Positions 59,502-64,000 of a stretch of 64,000 nt of DNA are shown here, piece after piece. Numbering within the stretch: position 1 is the first letter of the stretch; every line of letters starts with the position of its first letter. Made by a program: the position numbers and the translations under genes. The DNA is from Chloroflexota bacterium (lineage in GTDB: Bacteria; Chloroflexota; Dehalococcoidia; UBA2979): positions 32,001 to 96,000 of the forward strand of contig JAQCIU010000002.1 in NCBI GenBank assembly GCA_027593235.1. Direction: 5' to 3'. A model generated the notes under the pieces. It had not been told where the DNA came from. It searched no databases and saw only the letters and a list, made by a program, of their open reading frames with translations.

Positions 59502-59806
59502 GCCTCCCGCGTCCGGTCCGTGTCGAGGTGAACGCGCGCGGGATGCCGCAGCGGATCGATCTCGGGATCGCCGTCGGCCCTCGGGGTAAGCGGCGCGTCG
59601 CGCGCGACGCGCGCTGGATCGCGGTGCTCGACGTGGCCGAGGTGTGGCGTATCGGCGAGGAGTGGTGGCGCGAGCAGCCGATCCGGCGGACCTACTTCCA
59701 CGTGGTGGTCGAGGGTGGTCGAGGCGTAACGGTCTTTCGCGACGAACTGGCAGTAGCGCTCGGCGGTCACGAAGCAGGCGGAGGCTGGTTTGAACAGCAC
59801 TACTAA
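59450..59806 (+). CDS. stand-alone ImuB C-terminal-like (DUF6504-like) protein
   Basis: GGAGG RBS 7 nt before GTG; LRPLGLPRPVRV...WRIGEEWW...RTYFHV...VFRD...WFEQ. Confidence 0.75.
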   Translation: MESTPRTPVRAHGLRPLGLPRPVRVEVNARGMPQRIDLGIAVGPRGKRRVARDARWIAVLDVAEVWRIGEEWWREQPIRRTYFHVVVEGGRGVTVFRDELAVALGGHEAGGGWFEQHY

Positions 59807-59860
59807 GGCCTTCGGCCTCGGTGTGACGCTTCGCGCCTGGTTGCTGGGGTGGGTGCTCGC

Positions 59861-62800
59861 ATGAATCTCTGGCCGGGGAGTCAGTCGAACGATCACTTCT
59901 GCTCGGATCACGGGCCCAAGCATCAGCATGGACCCGATCGCTGGGAGTCGTTCGCCGCGCAGCGCGCCGAGGTCGACGCGCAGGTTGAGTACGACACGCC
60001 TCGGTCGCTCGCGACGCGCGATCCGACGGATCCGGTGCCGATCGAGGTCCTCGATGCGGTGCCGTACGTGGAGTTGCACGCGCACTCGAACTACTCGCTC
60101 CTCGAGGGCGCATCCAGCATCGAGGAGCTGGTGTGGGAGGCGCGCGAGCAGGGGCATGCGGCGCTGGCGCTGACGGATCACAACGGGATGTTCGGGTCGA
60201 TGGAGTTCGCGCGCGCGGCAAAGGAAGCTGGCCTGCGCCCGATCACCGGCCTCGAACTCACGGTGGTGGAGCCCAATCCCGAGGATGGCCGCGCCTGGTA
60301 CGAGCGCAGCCCCGCGGCGGGACGCAGCGACCGAGGGCGCAAACCCGTCCGAGGCGTCGCCGTCCAGCGAGAAGGCTTGCTGGCGCCGCGCGGGCGGTCG
60401 CACGTGACGCTGCTGGCGGAGACGAAGCAGGGCTACTCGAATCTCTGCCGGCTCTCCAGCATCGCGTTCGGGCTCCTCGAGGAGAGCGACGCGGCGAAGG
60501 AGGAGCGGCGGCTCGATCCGTGCATCGCGATCGCGCAGCTCGAGGCGCATAGCGAGGGGCTGATCCTGCTGACCGGCTGCCGCGACAGCTCGGTGGCGCG
60601 GCTGGCCGGGGAGGGGCAACTCGATCAGTCGGAGGCGGCGCTGCGGCGGTTCGTGGAGTGGTTTGGCCTCGAGAGTGTGTTCGTGGAGTTGCAGGACAAC
60701 CTCGTATTTGGGGACCGGCCTCGGAACCGCGCGCTGGTGCAGGTGGCGGAGCGGGTCGGGGTGGGCGTCGTCGGCACGGGGAACGTGCACTACCACGACC
60801 GCAAGCGGCACCGACTGCAGGACGTGATGGTGGCGATCCGGTCGCGGAAGTCGCTCGATGAGTCGCACCAGGAGCGGCGGCCGAACGCGGAGTTCTACCT
60901 GCGCTCACCGGAGCGGCAGGCGCGTCGCTTCGAGGCGTATCACCCGGACGCGGCGGCCAACTCCGTGCGGATCGCCCGCCGCTGCGCGTTCGACCTGACC
61001 GAGGACCTCGGCTTCCGCCTGCCGTCGCCGGAGACGGAGAGCGGGCGCCCGCCGATCGAGGAGCTGGGCGCGATCTGTCGCGTGCGGCTGTACGAGCGCT
61101 ACGCGACCGCGACGACGCAGGATCGTGAGGTGGCGGAGGCGCGGCTGGAGCACGAGCTGCGGCTGATCGAGATGAACGGACTGGCCGGGTTCTTCCTCGT
61201 CTACCACCAGATCTTCGAGCTGGCCTCGGAGGTGGCGGACGAGGTGCGCGGGACCGAGGCACGACGGCGCGCGAACATGCCGCCGGGGCGCGGGCGGGGG
61301 TCCTCGGTGGCGTCGATCGTCTGTTACCTGATCGGGCTGTCGCACATCGACCCGATCAAGAACAACCTGACCGTGGACCGCTTCCTCAACGAGGGCATGC
61401 GCACGTTCCCGGACATCGACCTGGATTTCGCGCGCGACATCCGCGCCGAGCTGATCGAGCGCGTCTACCGGGTGTGGGGCAAGGAGCACGCAGCGCTGGT
61501 CGCGATCTTTCCGACCTACCGCCTGAAGAGCGCCATCCGTGACATCGGCAAGGCGCTCGGACTGCCCTCGGCGGAGCTGGAGCGCCTGGCGAAGAAGTCC
61601 AACCCGCATGGCGGCATCGAAGATTTGCCCGAGGAACTCGCGCGCCTGCCCGAGTTCGCTGACCGGCTGGAGACGCAGGCGTGGCGCGACCTTCTGGAGC
61701 TGTCTCAGGAGCTGGCCGGCTTCCCGCGCCACCTCTCGCAGCACGTCGGCGGGATGGTGATCTCCTCGGAGCCGCTGATCGACTTCGTGCCCTGCCAGCC
61801 GGCCGCGTGGCCCAACCGCTACATCTGCCACTGGGACAAGGACAGCGTCGACGACGCGAAGATGGTCAAGATCGACTTCCTCGGCCTCGGCATGCTCTCC
61901 GTCGTCGAGGAGACCGCCGACCTGATCGCCGAGCAGGGCCACCGCCCGCTCGACCTCTCCCGCATCGCCTTCGACGACAGCGACGTCTACGACGACATCT
62001 GCCGAGGTGACACCGTCGGTGTCTTCCAGATCGAGTCGCGCGCCCAGATCGCGATGCTCCCTCGGACGCAGCCGCGCAACCTCGAGGACCTCACGGTGCA
62101 GGTGTCGATCGTGCGGCCGGGCCCGATCGTCGGTGGCGCGGTGAATCCGTACGTGCGCGAGCGGGAGAAGCAACGCCGCCTCGGAGACCGCTACACGCCG
62201 CCGAACGTGCACGAGTGCGTGAACGACGTGCTCGGCGAAACGCTCGGCGTCGTGCTGTTCCAGGAGCAGGTCGTGCAGGTCGCGCGCCAGATGGGCGGCT
62301 TCACCGCCGGGCAGGCGGAGCAGTTCCGCCGCGCGATGAGCCGCAAACGCTCGCTCGCCGCGATGCAGCGCTACGAGCAGGACTTCATGGACGGCGCCGC
62401 CTCGAGAGGTGTGCCGCCGGTGACGGCTGAGCGGATGTTCCAGAACCTGCTCGGCTTCGCCGAGTTCGGCTTCCCGAAGAGCCACGGCGCCGCGTTCGGC
62501 CTGCTCGCGTACCAGACGAGCTGGCTGAAGCGGTACCACCCGGCGCCGTTCACCTGCGCGCTCTTCAACAACCAGCCGATGGGCTTCTACCCGCCGCACG
62601 TCCTCACCAACGACGCCAAGCGCCACGAGATCGAGGTGCTGCGACCGGACATCAACGTGAGTAAGGCGCGCTGCTCGGTGGAGTTGCCATCCTCGGGAGG
62701 TGGTGCACGGGGGGCGGTGCGCGTCGGCCTCGGCTACGTGCGCGGCGTCGGCCAGGCGGCCAGCGAACGTATCGAGTACGAGCACATGCTCGGCGGCGAC

Positions 62801-63451
62801 TTCGTCTCGCTGTTCGACTTCGTCCAACGCACCGGCGTCAGCCGCGAGGCGACCCAGAACCTGATCCGCATCGGCGCCTTCGACGACTTCGGCCTCAACC
62901 GCCGCGAGCTGATCTGGCAGCTCGGCCTCTTCTGGGGCGACATGCACCAGAGCAAGCTGTCCGTGAAACGGGAGCGCCAGCTCCGCATGCCGATGGCGAC
63001 TTCACAGGACCAGGTGCAGCTCGCCGACTTCAGCGACTACCAGCGCATGACCGCCGACTACGAGCTGATGTCGCTCTCGCCCGACCGCCACCCGATGCAG
63101 TTCCTGCGCCCCGCCCTCGGCGAGGGCGTCGCCTCCAGCCGCCACCTCCGCGCGATGCCGGGCAACGCGAAGGTGGAGGTGGCCGGCCTCGTGGTCTGCC
63201 GTCAGCGCCCGATGACCGCCAAGGGCATCATCTTCCTGCTGCTGGAGGACGAGTTTGGCCTGATGAACATCCTCGTCAGCCGCGAGCTATCCGAGAAGTT
63301 CCGCGACCACATCCGCACCGAGCCGTTCATCCGCGCCACGGGCATCCTCGAAGAGCGCGCCGGCGAGCAGCGGACGCTGGTGGCGACTCACCTCGAGGCG
63401 CTCGTGCCCGCGGAGGTGTTTCGGACACCGGAGGGGAAGTCGTGGGGGTAG
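59861..63451 (+). CDS. dnaE2: error-prone DNA polymerase III alpha subunit (DnaE2/ImuC)
   Basis: YVELHAHSNYSLLEG, GRGSS, PDIDLD, PRHLSQHVGG, FQIESRAQ, GFPKSH, NNQPMGFY, RQRPMTAKG OB fold. Confidence 0.95.
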   Translation: MNLWPGSQSNDHFCSDHGPKHQHGPDRWESFAAQRAEVDAQVEYDTPRSLATRDPTDPVPIEVLDAVPYVELHAHSNYSLLEGASSIEELVWEAREQGHAALALTDHNGMFGSMEFARAAKEAGLRPITGLELTVVEPNPEDGRAWYERSPAAGRSDRGRKPVRGVAVQREGLLAPRGRSHVTLLAETKQGYSNLCRLSSIAFGLLEESDAAKEERRLDPCIAIAQLEAHSEGLILLTGCRDSSVARLAGEGQLDQSEAALRRFVEWFGLESVFVELQDNLVFGDRPRNRALVQVAERVGVGVVGTGNVHYHDRKRHRLQDVMVAIRSRKSLDESHQERRPNAEFYLRSPERQARRFEAYHPDAAANSVRIARRCAFDLTEDLGFRLPSPETESGRPPIEELGAICRVRLYERYATATTQDREVAEARLEHELRLIEMNGLAGFFLVYHQIFELASEVADEVRGTEARRRANMPPGRGRGSSVASIVCYLIGLSHIDPIKNNLTVDRFLNEGMRTFPDIDLDFARDIRAELIERVYRVWGKEHAALVAIFPTYRLKSAIRDIGKALGLPSAELERLAKKSNPHGGIEDLPEELARLPEFADRLETQAWRDLLELSQELAGFPRHLSQHVGGMVISSEPLIDFVPCQPAAWPNRYICHWDKDSVDDAKMVKIDFLGLGMLSVVEETADLIAEQGHRPLDLSRIAFDDSDVYDDICRGDTVGVFQIESRAQIAMLPRTQPRNLEDLTVQVSIVRPGPIVGGAVNPYVREREKQRRLGDRYTPPNVHECVNDVLGETLGVVLFQEQVVQVARQMGGFTAGQAEQFRRAMSRKRSLAAMQRYEQDFMDGAASRGVPPVTAERMFQNLLGFAEFGFPKSHGAAFGLLAYQTSWLKRYHPAPFTCALFNNQPMGFYPPHVLTNDAKRHEIEVLRPDINVSKARCSVELPSSGGGARGAVRVGLGYVRGVGQAASERIEYEHMLGGDFVSLFDFVQRTGVSREATQNLIRIGAFDDFGLNRRELIWQLGLFWGDMHQSKLSVKRERQLRMPMATSQDQVQLADFSDYQRMTADYELMSLSPDRHPMQFLRPALGEGVASSRHLRAMPGNAKVEVAGLVVCRQRPMTAKGIIFLLLEDEFGLMNILVSRELSEKFRDHIRTEPFIRATGILEERAGEQRTLVATHLEALVPAEVFRTPEGKSWG

Positions 63452-63492
63452 GAGGTGCGCGCTGCTTCGATCCCACGACGTCGGCGAGGATT

Positions 63493-63999
63493 CTATGGCG
63501 GCGGCAGAAAAACGTACGGCCTTCTCGATGCATTAGCGTCGTGGGCAACTTCGAGAGCAGACAAGAAGGCATCTTCTTGCCCTGGTGAAATAAGCGAGCC
63601 GTAAACGGTAGCGTCGCTCAGTTTGACGTCCTGGAGATTGAGCCCGCGAAAGTCGGCTCCCAACAGGTTGTTTCGACTGAAACGTGTGTGCTCAAGCCGC
63701 GCTCCTCGCCACACCGAATAGCTGAGGTTGGCACGCCGAAGGCGCGCTCGTTGGAGCTTGGAGTCGGAGAAGTCAGTCCTAGTGAGGTTTGCGCGCTTCA
63801 ACTGAGCAAGATAGAGATCCGCACCACGGAGGTTCAGGCCCGGAGCGTATGCCTCGCGTAGATCCGCCCTCTGGAGGTCAGAATCCGAAAGGTCGACATC
63901 GAGCAGAACGGCCGCTTGGAGCTTGGCCCTAGTTAGCGTTGCTCCCGAGAGGTCGACCCGATAGAGGTATGCACCGGGCGGAACCGGCGCGCGTCGACC
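63493..63999 (-). CDS. pentapeptide repeat protein (5' end outside the window)
   Basis: GAYLY RVDLS GATLT RAKLQ ... RADLR ... RANLT RTDFS repeats; frame open to the window edge. Confidence 0.85.
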   Translation of the reverse strand, partial: GRRAPVPPGAYLYRVDLSGATLTRAKLQAAVLLDVDLSDSDLQRADLREAYAPGLNLRGADLYLAQLKRANLTRTDFSDSKLQRARLRRANLSYSVWRGARLEHTRFSRNNLLGADFRGLNLQDVKLSDATVYGSLISPGQEDAFLSALEVAHDANASRRPYVFLPPP

Positions 64000-64000
64000 C

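Overview
High-GC bacterial chromosome segment. Chloroflexota, probably Dehalococcoidia-like, is inferred from the AGAAC-N4-GTTCT LexA box, the F420-dependent enzymes and the gene content. It holds about 45 genes, mostly catabolic or housekeeping (acetolactate synthase, P450 with ferredoxin, penicillin acylase, thiolase/DUF35 pair, fhs, CoA transferase, M16 peptidase pair, ABC-F, cysC, xth, cysQ, malic enzyme, ybaK), three tRNAs (Asn, Gln, Leu), and a LexA-controlled imuB-dnaE2 cassette with no imuA and a stand-alone ImuB C-terminal domain. Features missed by the ORF track: (1) a self-contained 26-aa peptide gene with a YxxPxI RiPP-leader-like motif, its own -10, RBS and terminator, upstream of ferredoxin-P450; (2) two integrase-less mini-islands, each bounded by a duplicated 3' end (tRNA-Leu, and a PPOX protein-coding gene); (3) a switch in strand compositional polarity at about 45.7 kb that coincides with a 5'-truncated gene; (4) several gene-decay scars (a head-on deletion fusion, an internal deletion, two nonsense codons); (5) several probable leaderless promoters. 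No CRISPR array, rRNA, integrase or transposase was seen. All product calls come from motif recognition by eye, not from database searches.
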